Assembly: GCA_030017955.1 (NCBI GenBank)
Contig: JASEGR010000003.1
Coordinates: 6,508 to 70,507 of the forward strand
DNA from: Candidatus Eiseniibacteriota bacterium
Lineage (GTDB): Bacteria; Eisenbacteria; RBG-16-71-46; JASEGR01
Direction: 5' to 3'
DNA: 64,000 bases
Positions 37,214 through 47,535 of this stretch are shown one piece after another (within the stretch, counting starts at the first letter, position 1; each line of letters starts with the position of its first letter). Below the pieces are notes generated by a model. It ran no database searches. It saw only the letters and a list, made by a program, of their open reading frames with translations, and was not told where the DNA came from. A program made the translations under genes and the position numbers.

Positions 37214-38572
37214 GTGACTGCTGATCCGATTGTGAGCGTCTCCGGCGTAAGAGGCATTGTCGGGGAATCCCTGACGTCCGACTTTGCGCTCAGGCTTGGT
37301 TCAGCCTTTGGGACGACTCGCGGTGCCGGAAGGATAGTAGTCGGCAGAGATACCAGACCGTCCGGCAGAACACTCGTCCGGGCAGTCCTCGCCGGACTAT
37401 CATCCGTCGGATGTCACTGCATCGATACGGGAATTGTGCCCACACCAACCGTTCTCTGTATGGTCGGAGAAGCCGAAGCGAAGGGCGGCATCATCATTAC
37501 TGCCAGCCATAACGGGCCTGAGTGGAATGGCCTGAAATTTGTCTCCGGTGATGGAAGTTTCCTGGATGAGAAGGGAATGAAGGAAGTCGTGTCTCTTGCC
37601 GAGGGCCGCGACGGGTTTGCGTGGAAGGGATACAAGTCGCTTGGAGAATCCTGGCCGAATGCGTGGGCTCCATACCGGCACGTAAGAAGAATCACCGAAT
37701 CCAAGGCCATCGATGTCTGGGGTCTGAGAAAAAGGAACTTCTCAGTGGTTGCCGACTGCGTAAATGGAGCCGCATCTACCGTGCTTCCCGTTTTGCTGAG
37801 CGAGCTCGGCTGCAAGGTAAACCTGATCTTTGATTCCCTGAGCGGGGAGTTTCCTCGCGGCCCGGAACCGGTGGCTGAGAACATCGGTATGCTTGGTGAC
37901 GAGGTGAAGAAAAGAGGGGCGGATATTGGCTTTGCTTTTGACCCTGACGGGGATAGAATCAGTATCGTAGCGAGCAGTGGAAGACCTTTTGGAGAAGAGA
38001 ACTCCATTGTGCTTGCCTCCAGACTCATTCTCACGAAACTGGGAGGCACGCTCGTTGTGAACGCTTCCACGACATCTGCTGTCGATGAGATCGCCAGCCG
38101 GGCCGGCTGCAAAGTGGTGAGATCAAAAGTCGGTGAAAGAAACGTGGTCGAGCTCATGAGGAAGCACGGTGCAATTTTAGGCGGAGAGGGGAATGGCGGT
38201 GTGATTCTTCCACAGGTAAACTGGGGCAGGGATGGAATTGCCGCCTCGGCCCTTTTTCTTCAGGCTTTGCTTGAGTGGGGAGGCGACTCCGATACTCTCC
38301 TCGATTCCCTTCCAAAGTACTTCATGGTGAAGGAGAAGATTACCTGCGAAAAGCCGCTCAAAGAAGTTGAGGCAGTCCTGCTTGGTGCCTTTGCTCCCAC
38401 AAGCATAGATAGGACCGATGGGATAAAACTCTTTTTTGAGGATGGCTGGCTTCACGTTAGAAAATCCGGGACTGAGCCGGTTGTCAGGATCATGGGAGAG
38501 GCCAGGGTAAAAGGAAAAGCAGAGGCAATGGTCGGGGAAGCCATTTCCAGTCTTGGAAAGACCGGGGCGTGA
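37214..38572 (+). CDS. glmM: Phosphoglucosamine mutase / phosphohexomutase family (GlmM-like)
   Basis: GTG start. The N-terminus is VSVSGVRGIVGESLT, the active-site Ser loop is TASHNGPEWNGLK, and the metal-binding loop is DPDGDR. It lies adjacent to glmS. Confidence 0.75.
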   Translation: MTADPIVSVSGVRGIVGESLTSDFALRLGSAFGTTRGAGRIVVGRDTRPSGRTLVRAVLAGLSSVGCHCIDTGIVPTPTVLCMVGEAEAKGGIIITASHNGPEWNGLKFVSGDGSFLDEKGMKEVVSLAEGRDGFAWKGYKSLGESWPNAWAPYRHVRRITESKAIDVWGLRKRNFSVVADCVNGAASTVLPVLLSELGCKVNLIFDSLSGEFPRGPEPVAENIGMLGDEVKKRGADIGFAFDPDGDRISIVASSGRPFGEENSIVLASRLILTKLGGTLVVNASTTSAVDEIASRAGCKVVRSKVGERNVVELMRKHGAILGGEGNGGVILPQVNWGRDGIAASALFLQALLEWGGDSDTLLDSLPKYFMVKEKITCEKPLKEVEAVLLGAFAPTSIDRTDGIKLFFEDGWLHVRKSGTEPVVRIMGEARVKGKAEAMVGEAISSLGKTGA

Positions 38573-38687
38573 GAGAAAAGCGGATCACGAAGAGCGTGCA
38601 TCATGAGACTTTGTCAAGAACGGTGATACGAACTTAGTTTGCGGGCCGTTTGGATCTGGCAACCGAAGGCTGTAAAGGAGAAAAGCA

Positions 38688-40514
38688 ATGTGTGGAATTG
38701 TGGCTTATGTCGGCAAGAAAGAGTGCAAGCCTATTCTCCTCGAAGGCATAAAGAGGCTTGAGTACCGCGGATATGATTCGGCTGGCATAGCGATTATCGG
38801 AAAGGATGGAGTCCTAATCGAGAAAACGGCCGGGAAGATTGCAACCCTCGAGGCAAAACTTCTCTCAATCCCGATGTCTGGGACGTCGGGGGTCGCACAT
38901 ACGCGGTGGGCGACCCATGGTGAGCCGACGGATGAGAATGCCCATCCGCATCTTGACTGCAAGGGAGAGATTGCGGTTGTCCACAACGGAATCATCGAGA
39001 ATTACATGGTGCTGAAGAGCAAACTGGAGAGCGAGGGGCACAAGTTCAGGACCGAGACCGACACCGAAGTCCTTGCTCATTTCATAGAGAAATACTACTC
39101 CGGAGACCTTGTCGAAGCGGTTCGACAGACCCTCACGATGGTCGAAGGAACCTATGGCATTGCAGTCATATGTTCGAAGGAACCTGGCAGGGTCGTGGGT
39201 GCAAGAAATGGCAGTCCGCTGGTGGTTGGAATCGGCCGCGGAGAATATTTCCTCGCCTCAGACGTTTCCGCCGTCCTCAGACACACCAACCAGGTCATCT
39301 ATCTTGATGACAGGGAGCTCGTGGTGATTGACACCGAGGGATTCAGCACGTCCACGATTGAAAACGAGAAGGTTCATAAAACCATTGAGGAGGTTGAGTG
39401 GAATCTTGAAATGGCCGAGAAGGCCGGGTTCAAGCATTTCATGTTGAAAGAGATCTTTGAGCAGCCACAGTCCATAAAGAACACAATGAGGGGAAGGCTG
39501 ATCCTTGACGACGGTGGAGCAAGACTCGGCGGGCTTAATGCGGCCGAGTCCGAACTGAGGGCGGTCAACCGGATAATTATCACCGCCTGCGGGACCTCGT
39601 GGCATGCGGCTACGATTGGCGAGTACATGATTGAGGAACATGCCCGAATCCCGGTCGAAGTCGAGTACGCGTCCGAGTTCAGGTACAGAAACCCGGTCAT
39701 AAGAGACGGCACCGTTGTCATCGTGATAAGCCAGTCCGGCGAGACCGCTGACACCCTGGCCGCAATGAGGGAGGCCAAGCGCAAGGGTGCAAAGACATGG
39801 GGAATCTGTAACGTCGTCGGCAGCACGATCGCAAGGGAGGCAAGCGGAGGAATCTACATCCATGCGGGTCCCGAGATAGGCGTTGCCTCAACCAAAGCAT
39901 TCACGTCTCAGGTGGTGGCGCTTGCCGTTCTCACGGTGCTCCTCGGAAGGCTCAAATCCATGTCCAGAGATACCGGAAAGCAGATTGTGACCGAGCTTCT
40001 GAGGATACCCGGGAAGATGGAGCAGATTCTGAAGAAGAACAAGGAGATCGAATCCATTGCCGAGGAGTACTACAGGCACGAGAACTTCCTCTATCTCGGA
40101 AGGGGATACAACTTCCCAGTCGCCCTTGAAGGGGCGCTCAAGCTCAAGGAGATCTCATATATCCACGCGGAAGGATATCCTGCCGCTGAGATGAAACACG
40201 GGCCCATTGCATTGATCGACCAGAACATGCCTGTGGTCTTCATTTGCACAAAGGACAGCGCGTACGAGAAGATAATGAGCAACATGGAGGAAGTCAAAGC
40301 TAGAAAGGGCAGAATCATAGCAATCGCAAGCGAAGGAGACAAAGAAATCTCGAAGAAGACTGATCATGTCATTTACATTCCCGAGACGGTTGAGCTTCTT
40401 ACGCCGCTGCTTTCGGTGATTCCTCTCCAGCTGCTTGCCTATTACATCGCAGTAAAGAGAGGATGTGATGTTGACCAGCCGAGGAATCTTGCGAAATCCG
40501 TCACAGTCGAATAG
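38688..40514 (+). CDS. glmS: Glutamine--fructose-6-phosphate aminotransferase (isomerizing)
   Basis: The N-terminal nucleophile MCGIVAYVG marks the class II glutamine amidotransferase domain. Two SIS domains follow. The C-terminus is ...KSVTVE. Confidence 0.95.
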   Translation: MCGIVAYVGKKECKPILLEGIKRLEYRGYDSAGIAIIGKDGVLIEKTAGKIATLEAKLLSIPMSGTSGVAHTRWATHGEPTDENAHPHLDCKGEIAVVHNGIIENYMVLKSKLESEGHKFRTETDTEVLAHFIEKYYSGDLVEAVRQTLTMVEGTYGIAVICSKEPGRVVGARNGSPLVVGIGRGEYFLASDVSAVLRHTNQVIYLDDRELVVIDTEGFSTSTIENEKVHKTIEEVEWNLEMAEKAGFKHFMLKEIFEQPQSIKNTMRGRLILDDGGARLGGLNAAESELRAVNRIIITACGTSWHAATIGEYMIEEHARIPVEVEYASEFRYRNPVIRDGTVVIVISQSGETADTLAAMREAKRKGAKTWGICNVVGSTIAREASGGIYIHAGPEIGVASTKAFTSQVVALAVLTVLLGRLKSMSRDTGKQIVTELLRIPGKMEQILKKNKEIESIAEEYYRHENFLYLGRGYNFPVALEGALKLKEISYIHAEGYPAAEMKHGPIALIDQNMPVVFICTKDSAYEKIMSNMEEVKARKGRIIAIASEGDKEISKKTDHVIYIPETVELLTPLLSVIPLQLLAYYIAVKRGCDVDQPRNLAKSVTVE

Positions 40515-40666
40515 CAGAAGAATGGGAGAGCGTGACCGATGAGCCCGCTGGAGCGGACACAGATTCGCGGCCTTGCGGCTTGCCCTCTGCATAGGCGTGC
40601 CGCTCAGCTCGCATCACGGCCGCTGGAATTGTCCCGGGACCATGAGAAGAATGAGGGGAAAACAGT

Positions 40667-41050
40667 ATGAGAGAGATTAGGACTAACCAAGCCCCGGCCG
40701 CAATCGGGCCCTACAGCCAGGGAATCCAGGTCGAGCCCAAAAGGATGTTCTTCTTTTCCGGACAACTCGGAATCGACCCGCAGACAGGGAGCCTGGTGGC
40801 GGGCGGCATTGAAGCAGAGGTCAGGCAGGCTCTGACCAATGTGAAAAACCTGCTCTCATCAGAAGCGATGAATTTTGACAATGTGGTAAAAGTCACAGTC
40901 TTCCTCTCCGGAATGGAACATTTCGAAAGCATGAACAATATCTATTCAACACATTTCCTGAACTTTCGTCCTGCGAGAAGCTGCGTGGCCGTGAAGGGAC
41001 TACCGAAATCTGCCCTCGTCGAAATTGAGGTAGTCGCAGTGAAGGAGTGA
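40667..41050 (+). CDS. ridA: RidA/YjgF/TdcF family reactive-intermediate deaminase
   Basis: 127 aa. The motifs APAAIGPYSQG...GQLGIDP...RSCVAVKGLPK..VEIEVVA are diagnostic for the YjgF family. Confidence 0.85.
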   Translation: MREIRTNQAPAAIGPYSQGIQVEPKRMFFFSGQLGIDPQTGSLVAGGIEAEVRQALTNVKNLLSSEAMNFDNVVKVTVFLSGMEHFESMNNIYSTHFLNFRPARSCVAVKGLPKSALVEIEVVAVKE

Positions 41051-41414
41051 GTTGAGGCCCTGCGACCTCCTATTCCATGGGCTAGTGCACCGTAACATAA
41101 GTAAGTTGACATTCACATTGCCGCTGAACGGTGCACTGCTGGGGGTTTTAGGGGGTCGAGCCCGACCCCCTAAGGGGTTACAGTTGCGAAAGTTGCCGGT
41201 GGCAAGTTTCGAAACGTCATAGGGGCGATAGCCCCTGTGAAAGTGCTGGGTCACCCCATAATAAGTCCGTGAGTTTATGTGACACAGCACTAGGAGGCCC
41301 GAGCAGCAGGCAATCTCCAGAGTGAGCTACCCGGAAGCCCAGCTCCAGGAAGAATCAGGAGGCTGGGCTCAATCAGAAAAGGAGTAGGAGTAGACTTCAC
41401 CTCAATAAGAGGAG

Positions 41415-42470
41415 ATGGCGGTGACCAAAGAGGAACTGAGCCGGCTGACGCAGGAAGTCTCCTGCGCAGGCTGAGCGGCAAAACTGGGTCCGGCGGACCT
41501 TTCGAAAGTCCTTAAGACAGTCCCAAAGCAGAAGGACAAGCGGCTCCTGGTCGGGCTTCACACTTTGGATGATGCCGGCGTCTACAAAATCGGGAAAGAC
41601 CTGGCTATTGTCCAAACAGTCGATTTCTTTCCGCCGGTCGTGGACGATCCGTATGACTTTGGGATGATAGCTGCGGCGAACGCCCTCAGTGATGTGTACG
41701 CCATGGGAGGAACTCCGCTCACTGCAATGAGCATAGTCTGCTTTCCGAGCGAAAGAAAGAATATCGGAGTCCTCGCAAGAATTCTGAAGGGCGGGACCGA
41801 CAAACTCAGGGAAGCAGGCACAGTGCTCGTAGGCGGTCATTCTGTGAAGGACAATGAGCTCAAATTCGGTTTTTCCGTCACAGGGACAGTCAATCCGAGG
41901 AAAATCGTGTCCAATGCCGGAGCCAAGCCGGGAGACGCTTTGATACTCACAAAGCCTCTCGGCACCGGTGTTCTCACAACTGCGCTCAAAATGGGAATCT
42001 TGTCGGAAAATGGCAGAAGAACGGTGACCCGTGTCATGTCGTCGCTCAATTCCACTGCTTCGAGATTGATGTGTAAGTTCGGCGCTGATTCCTGTACGGA
42101 CATCACGGGTTTCGGTCTCGGAGGCCATGCCTGGGAGATGGCACGGGCAAGCAAAGTGACTCTTAGATTCTATTCGGCAAAAATCCCGGTTCTTCCAGGA
42201 GTCCGCGAGCTTGTTGAGAAAAAGTCCGTTCCCGGCGGGACAATATCCAACAAGGAATTTCTTAAAAGAGACGTATTGATCCACAGCTCTGCGGCGGGGC
42301 TATCCCCTCTGATATTCTTTGACCCGCAAACCTCCGGCGGCCTCCTGATCAGCATCAGTCAGAAGCGGACAGAAGCTCTATTGAAAGAACTTCGAAAGAG
42401 CGGGATAAGGGACGCGGCGCTTGTCGGGGAAGTGGTGAGAAGAAAGAAGGCGCTGGTTGAGGTTTTCTAG
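41415..42470 (+). CDS. selD: Selenide, water dikinase (selenophosphate synthetase) SelD - selenoprotein with in-frame TGA (Sec) at 41472-41474
   Basis: The ATG at 41415 gives MAVTKEELSRLTQEVSCAG-U-AAKLGPADLSKVLKTV...LDDAGVYKIG, which aligns with E. coli SelD [24 protein letters not shown]...RDDAAVYDLG. The TGA falls exactly at catalytic Cys17 and the conserved Lys follows 3 residues later. The hairpin GGUCC-GGC-GGACC starts 12 nt after the UGA, which is SECIS-like. The ORF-track version (TTG 41565) lacks the essential N-terminal motif. Confidence 0.8.
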
Positions 42471-42654
42471 CAGCGAGTGCGTGGAAGGGGGTTCCGGAAT
42501 AGAGGTTTTCTCAGTGTCTTCTGCGATTGGCCGGGAGCGAATGGGCTCTGGTGGGCCCCGAGGACTTCAAATCCTTAAGTCGGGCGCCAATACCGTCCGG
42601 GGTGGGTTCGATTCCCACGCGTTCCCGCCATCTCGTTCGTGGTCACAGCAAGGC

Positions 42655-43161
42655 TTGCGTGTGGCGCTTCTGGCTGCTCTCCTGCTTTGCGTCTTGGCGC
42701 AAGGATCTCCTGCTGCCGTCTCGACCGTGGACACCTCGAAGGCGGGATTTTTCGGTACTCCATTTTTTGTGATGATGAGGTCCGGCGTTATTCCTGGATG
42801 GGGACAGGTTCACAACCATAAGTACTTGAAGGGAGCGGGCGTGTTCCTTCTCGAAGGCGCACTGGCTTTCAAAATCTATGATGAGAACAGAAAGGTGAAT
42901 GACTATTGGACGAAGCATGTTGGCGCCGCCACCTACCCCGAGCAAGTACGTTACTTTGACCTCTACGCCTTTCATTACGACAGGCGAAGCAATTACATCT
43001 GGTGGCTTGCTGGTACCACAGTATTGAGCCTCGTTGATGCGTACGTTGACGCACATCTGAGAGGTTTTGACGAAGAGGTAGCGAGGGAAACTGCCGTTGA
43101 CCTTGCGGTCATACGCCGCAGCGGGGAGGCCGTAGCAGTAGTGGTGAGAAAGACATTCTAG
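42655..43161 (+). CDS. Secreted/membrane hypothetical protein with PGWGQ motif (DUF5683-like)
   Basis: A TTG start at 42655 (or GTG at 42661) gives the signal peptide [22 protein letters not shown]. The motif [16 protein letters not shown] resembles the DUF5683 P-G-x-G-Q signature. The ORF-track start at 42457 overlaps the selD 3' end and is probably too early. Confidence 0.4.
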   Translation: MRVALLAALLLCVLAQGSPAAVSTVDTSKAGFFGTPFFVMMRSGVIPGWGQVHNHKYLKGAGVFLLEGALAFKIYDENRKVNDYWTKHVGAATYPEQVRYFDLYAFHYDRRSNYIWWLAGTTVLSLVDAYVDAHLRGFDEEVARETAVDLAVIRRSGEAVAVVVRKTF

Positions 43162-43169
43162 AATCGAAG

Positions 43170-44978
43170 ATGGAAGAAAACTCAAATACAAGAAACTTCT
43201 GCATAATTGCCCATATTGACCATGGCAAGTCCACCCTTGCGGATAGATTTCTCGAGCTTACGGGAGCAATCCCGAAGAGCGAGATGAAGGAGCAGGTTCT
43301 GGACGACATGGATCTCGAACGAGAGCGGGGCATAACAATAAAATCGCACCCCGTCACTATGCATTACAAGGCAAAGGATGGGAACACGTACCTTCTGAAT
43401 CTGATAGATACCCCAGGTCATGTTGATTTTTGCTACGAAGTGTCGAGAAGTTTGGCGGCATGCGAGGGCGCAGTTCTTCTCGTTGATGCATCCCAGGGAG
43501 TCGAGGCGCAGACCATAAGCAACCTCTTCCTGGCCAGGGATGCGAACCTTGCAATTGTTCCCGTGATTAATAAAATCGACCTCCCAACGGCTCACATCTC
43601 GAACACAGTAAAAGAAATGATTGATGTGCTCAGCTCCAGGGAAGACGAAATAGTACTTGCAAGCGCGAAGGAGGGGACAGGAGTGGAAGAGATTCTTGAA
43701 GCGGTAATAACGAGAGTCCCTTCTCCGCCCGGCAGTTCGAGAGGTTTTCTCAAGGCGCTGATCTTCGATTCAGTTTTCGATCAGTTCAGAGGTGTTGTGC
43801 CCTACGTGAGAATCTTCGACGGCTCCGTGAAGACAGGGAAAAAGATCGTCCTCCTTTCCTCGATGAAGAGTTTTGAGGTTGTTGAAGTTGGAATCTTCAA
43901 GCCGGCGATGACGCCGGTTGATGAACTTCATGCCGGTGATGTCGGTTACATTGTGGCCGGGGTCAAGGATATACAGGATGCAAAGGTCGGAGACACCATC
44001 GGCGAGGAGGGTGATCCGGCGCCCACAGCGCTTCCCGGATACCGTCAGATGAAACCGATGGTATTCAGCGGGCTCTATCCCGTAAACGCTGAGGGATACG
44101 AGAACTTGCGAGATGCACTTGGCAAACTGTCGCTCAACGATGCATCCCTATCATATGAAGCGGAAAGTTCTGTGGCGCTCGGTTTCGGTTTCAGATGCGG
44201 GTTTCTCGGGCTTCTCCATCTTGAGATTGTGCAGGAACGCCTCGAGAGGGAGTATGATGTCAGCCTCGTCGCTACATTTCCCAGCGTCGGTTACAGAGTC
44301 GTTTTGAAAGACGGTACTTCAATCATGGTCCACAACCCCGTCAACATGCCTGCCCCGGGCAGAATTGACAGAATTGAGGAGCCCTACGTCAGCGCAGAGA
44401 TTATTACGCCGCCTGAGCATCTCGGGGGAATTCTGAAACTTGCACAGGAGAAAAGAGGTATATATGTGAGCATGGAGTTTCTTGAAGCAGACAGGGTGAG
44501 ACTCAAGTATCTAATGCCGTTGTCCGAGATCGTTGTCGATTTCTACGACAAGCTCAAATCCGTTTCAAGGGGATATGCATCATTTGACTATGAGTATGCA
44601 GCCCACAGGGAATCAAAACTCGTGAAACTTGATATACTCCTCAACGGCGACCCGGTCGATGCGCTTTCCCAGGTCGTCCACGACGAGAAGGCATACGAGA
44701 GAGGGAGAACCATAGCGTCCGCTCTGAGGAAACTTATCCCGAAGCACATGTTCCAGATTGCCATACAGGCAAGTATCGGCGGCAAAGTGATCGCGAGAGA
44801 AACAATCTCGGCATTGAGAAAAGACGTGACGGCAAAATGTTATGGAGGAGATATCACAAGAAAACGAAAGCTGCTTGAAAAGCAGAAGGAAGGGAAGAAG
44901 AGGATGAAACGGATTGGGAGTGTTGACATTCCCCAGGAAGCTTTCCTTTCCGTCTTGAGAAGCAGGGAAACCGGGTAG
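43170..44978 (+). CDS. lepA: Translation elongation factor 4 (LepA)
   Basis: The N-terminus is [20 protein letters not shown] with G-domain motifs DTPGH and NKID. The LepA-specific C-terminal domain ends ...[24 protein letters not shown]. Confidence 0.95.
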   Translation: MEENSNTRNFCIIAHIDHGKSTLADRFLELTGAIPKSEMKEQVLDDMDLERERGITIKSHPVTMHYKAKDGNTYLLNLIDTPGHVDFCYEVSRSLAACEGAVLLVDASQGVEAQTISNLFLARDANLAIVPVINKIDLPTAHISNTVKEMIDVLSSREDEIVLASAKEGTGVEEILEAVITRVPSPPGSSRGFLKALIFDSVFDQFRGVVPYVRIFDGSVKTGKKIVLLSSMKSFEVVEVGIFKPAMTPVDELHAGDVGYIVAGVKDIQDAKVGDTIGEEGDPAPTALPGYRQMKPMVFSGLYPVNAEGYENLRDALGKLSLNDASLSYEAESSVALGFGFRCGFLGLLHLEIVQERLEREYDVSLVATFPSVGYRVVLKDGTSIMVHNPVNMPAPGRIDRIEEPYVSAEIITPPEHLGGILKLAQEKRGIYVSMEFLEADRVRLKYLMPLSEIVVDFYDKLKSVSRGYASFDYEYAAHRESKLVKLDILLNGDPVDALSQVVHDEKAYERGRTIASALRKLIPKHMFQIAIQASIGGKVIARETISALRKDVTAKCYGGDITRKRKLLEKQKEGKKRMKRIGSVDIPQEAFLSVLRSRETG

Positions 44979-44987
44979 GAGGGAGCC

Positions 44988-45623
44988 GTGGCAAATAGGA
45001 AAGAGCTCAAGAAACGGTCTTTGAAAAGCACAGTCAGAGAGTATCTCGAGGCGATTGCCCTTGCGATTGTCGTTACGCTTTTCGTGAGGGCCTTCATTAT
45101 TCAAGCGTTCAGGATCCCGACTGGTTCGATGACCGATACTCTTCTCGAGGGGGATTTCCTTTTTGTCAGCAAGTTCATCTATGGCGCACAGGTCCCTTTC
45201 ACCAACTGGCATCTCCCCAAAATCAGAGAGCCGAGGCCGGGAGATATAATTGTCTTCAAATATCCCGAAGACCCGAAGAGGGATTTTATCAAGAGATGCG
45301 TGGCCGTTGGCGGGCAGACGATAGAGATTCGGAACAAAGAAATGTATGTAGACGGACGGAAGCAGAACGCCGGTTATGTGAAGCACGTCGATGATCGCAT
45401 ATACTCGGCATTCGAAAGCCCAAGAGACAATTTTGGGCCTTTCTATGTGCCAAAAGGATACCTTTTCATGATGGGTGATAACCGCGACAACAGTCACGAC
45501 AGCCGCTTCTGGGGTCCTCTTGATGAGAAACTCGTGAAGGGAGAGGCGCTCGTCCTTTACTGGTCATGGGACAGGGAGCATTTCAGACCAAGATTCAGCA
45601 GGCTATTTCACCTGATAAAATGA
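44988..45623 (+). CDS. lepB: Signal peptidase I
   Basis: N-terminal TM, catalytic Ser box IPTGSMTDTL, Lys box KRCVAVGGQTIE, and the GDNRDNSHDSR box. It forms the classic lepA-lepB pair. Confidence 0.9.
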   Translation: MANRKELKKRSLKSTVREYLEAIALAIVVTLFVRAFIIQAFRIPTGSMTDTLLEGDFLFVSKFIYGAQVPFTNWHLPKIREPRPGDIIVFKYPEDPKRDFIKRCVAVGGQTIEIRNKEMYVDGRKQNAGYVKHVDDRIYSAFESPRDNFGPFYVPKGYLFMMGDNRDNSHDSRFWGPLDEKLVKGEALVLYWSWDREHFRPRFSRLFHLIK

Positions 45624-45633
45624 GCGAGCACAT

Positions 45634-45669
45634 CCTCTCCCCTCTGGGGAGAGGACCGAGGTGAGGGGA
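45634..45669 (+). repeat. 36-nt palindromic REP-like element, copy 1 (contains SD + GTG start of hemW)
   Basis: CCTCTCCCCTCTGGGGAGAGGACCGAGGTGAGGGGA. The inverted repeat is CCTCTCCCC/GGGGAGAGG. It is near-identical to the copy at 49392-49427. Confidence 0.6.
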
Positions 45670-46818
45670 TTGCCATCTGATTCATCCCTGGGACTCTATC
45701 TCCACATTCCATTCTGCAGAAAGAAGTGCAGCTACTGTTCGTTCATGTCAGTAGTTCCACAAGATGACCTTCTGCGCAGGTTTGCGGCTTGTCTCAAACG
45801 TGAGATTGATCTCAACCGGGATCTTCTCTCTCAGAGGAAGATTGCGACGGTCTATGTCGGCGGCGGAACTCCGGGCGTTCTCGGTGAGCGTCTCCTCGAT
45901 ATTATCCGGTGTCTTTCCGGGAACTTTGATCTAAGCGATATTGTCGAATTCACAGTCGAGCTCAATCCTGAATCTTCGCCAGTCGAGCTCCTCAGAGGAA
46001 TCAGAAAACTCGGGGTAAACAGAGTGAGCATCGGAGTTCAATCATTCCAGGATTCCCTGCTCTCCACGCTTGGCAGGATTCACACCCCAGACATGGCGAG
46101 GACAGCTTACTCGCGGGCGAGGGAAGCCGGATTCCAGAACGTCTCCATCGACCTAATGGCCGGAATCCCTGGCCAGAATCCTGAGCTGCTGAAAGAAGAT
46201 CTGGAACAAGCGGTCTCGCTGCTGCCCGAGCACATATCGTACTACCTTCTTACGCCCGAGAGCATGACACCGCTCTCTCATGCCATTACATCAGGGTATG
46301 CCCATCTCCCGGCCGACTCTCTCGCCAGAAGAATGCTTCTCCATGTTTCGAAGTTTCTGAAACAGAATGACTATGAAAGATACGAGACATCCAACTTCGC
46401 CAGACCAGCGTTCGAGTCGCGGCATAATATAAATTACTGGAAAAGGGGCGAGTACCTTGGGCTAGGGCCGTCTGCCTGTTCTCATCTGTCCGGGAAGAGA
46501 TGGAGGAACAATCCAGACCTGGAGAAATATCTTTCCTCTTTGGAAGATTCGAGAGTTCCAATGGTTGACGAGGAAGTGCTGACAAGCCGCGAGATTCTAA
46601 CAGAGAGCTTCATGCTCGGCTTGAGAATGAAAGAGGGCATCCCTCTTGAATCGCTAAGAGAAACTATCCCTCCTGAAAAGAATGAATCTCTTATGCTGCT
46701 TGTGTCATCTCTTTCCGAACAAGGGCTTCTCAGTCAAAAGGGAGGCAATCTTTCCATAACTGAAGAAGGGCTCCCGGTCTCAGATTCCATAATCGTTGAG
46801 CTTGTTTCCTCACTGTGA
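45661..46818 (+). CDS. hemW: Radical SAM heme chaperone HemW (HemN-like, oxygen-independent coproporphyrinogen III oxidase family)
   Basis: GTG start. LYLHIPFCRKKCSYCSF carries the CxxxCxxC radical-SAM motif. The C-terminal HemN_C-like domain is present. The lepA-hemW neighbourhood is typical. Confidence 0.85.
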   Translation: MRGLPSDSSLGLYLHIPFCRKKCSYCSFMSVVPQDDLLRRFAACLKREIDLNRDLLSQRKIATVYVGGGTPGVLGERLLDIIRCLSGNFDLSDIVEFTVELNPESSPVELLRGIRKLGVNRVSIGVQSFQDSLLSTLGRIHTPDMARTAYSRAREAGFQNVSIDLMAGIPGQNPELLKEDLEQAVSLLPEHISYYLLTPESMTPLSHAITSGYAHLPADSLARRMLLHVSKFLKQNDYERYETSNFARPAFESRHNINYWKRGEYLGLGPSACSHLSGKRWRNNPDLEKYLSSLEDSRVPMVDEEVLTSREILTESFMLGLRMKEGIPLESLRETIPPEKNESLMLLVSSLSEQGLLSQKGGNLSITEEGLPVSDSIIVELVSSL

Positions 46819-47535
46819 GTTTTGCTTCCTTCCTACCGGCATCATACCTAATGGCTGTTCTTCTTCCGGCATATTCAGAACCTTCTTCGTTTTGTCATCA
46901 TCAAAGGCCCCGATGAATACTGTTCCCAACTCTAGCGAGATTGCCTGCAAATAGACATTCTGGGCCGCGCAGCCAACTTCCATGTGCGCGTATCTTGTGC
47001 CTCTCTCCCCATATTTCACAGTTGTTCGTTGATAAACTGCTGTGAATACTATGACTGCAGCGGCATCTTTAACCAAAGACTGGCGAACAACAACGTTGCA
47101 TAGATCCGCTCTTCTATCTCCTTCCATCACTTCTATCAGTTCGCGCCCGTGGGGCTTGTACTTGTAAACGCCACGTGAAAGGTCGGTCACATTGCCTGCC
47201 ACAATATAGAGTTCAAGCGGGTACAGAGCTCCAGCAGAAGGAGATGTTCTGAAGCTTCTCGCTGAATCTGTTATTCCCTGAGCTGCCCACAGAAGCTGTG
47301 ATACTTCAGCTAGTGTCAGTGGTTCATCGTTGTAACCTCTGACCGACCTTCTCTCAAGCAGAGCTTTTTCCACCGAGGTTTTGCCATCGTACTTGGGTTG
47401 AGGGAGTTTTATTGCTTGCTGGTTCAAAACGGATTTGTGCCTCATTTTTTGGGGTGCCAATGTAACAGCCAACACCACCCCTGCAGACATCAGAATTACA
47501 ACTGATATCAAAGCGTACTTCTTCGCTCTGGTCAT
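46810..47535 (-). CDS. SagB/ThcOx-type dehydrogenase (nitroreductase-fold) with N-terminal membrane anchor
   Basis: 241 aa with an N-terminal TM helix. RSVRGY...LSQLLWAAQG...GALYPLELYIV...AHMEVGCAAQNVYLQAISLELGTVFIGAFDD match the SagB-type/nitroreductase family signatures. Confidence 0.65.
   Translation of the reverse strand: MTRAKKYALISVVILMSAGVVLAVTLAPQKMRHKSVLNQQAIKLPQPKYDGKTSVEKALLERRSVRGYNDEPLTLAEVSQLLWAAQGITDSARSFRTSPSAGALYPLELYIVAGNVTDLSRGVYKYKPHGRELIEVMEGDRRADLCNVVVRQSLVKDAAAVIVFTAVYQRTTVKYGERGTRYAHMEVGCAAQNVYLQAISLELGTVFIGAFDDDKTKKVLNMPEEEQPLGMMPVGRKQNSQ

Noticed and set aside
41051-41414. Possibility that the structured region upstream of selD is tRNA-Sec (selC), RNase P RNA, SRP RNA or tmRNA.
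   Set aside because: No 8-bp acceptor stem/UCA anticodon arrangement could be folded. There is no GGAAAGUCCGG P4 motif, no SRP domain IV motif and no tRNA-like 3' end. It is left as an unassigned structured region in the findings.
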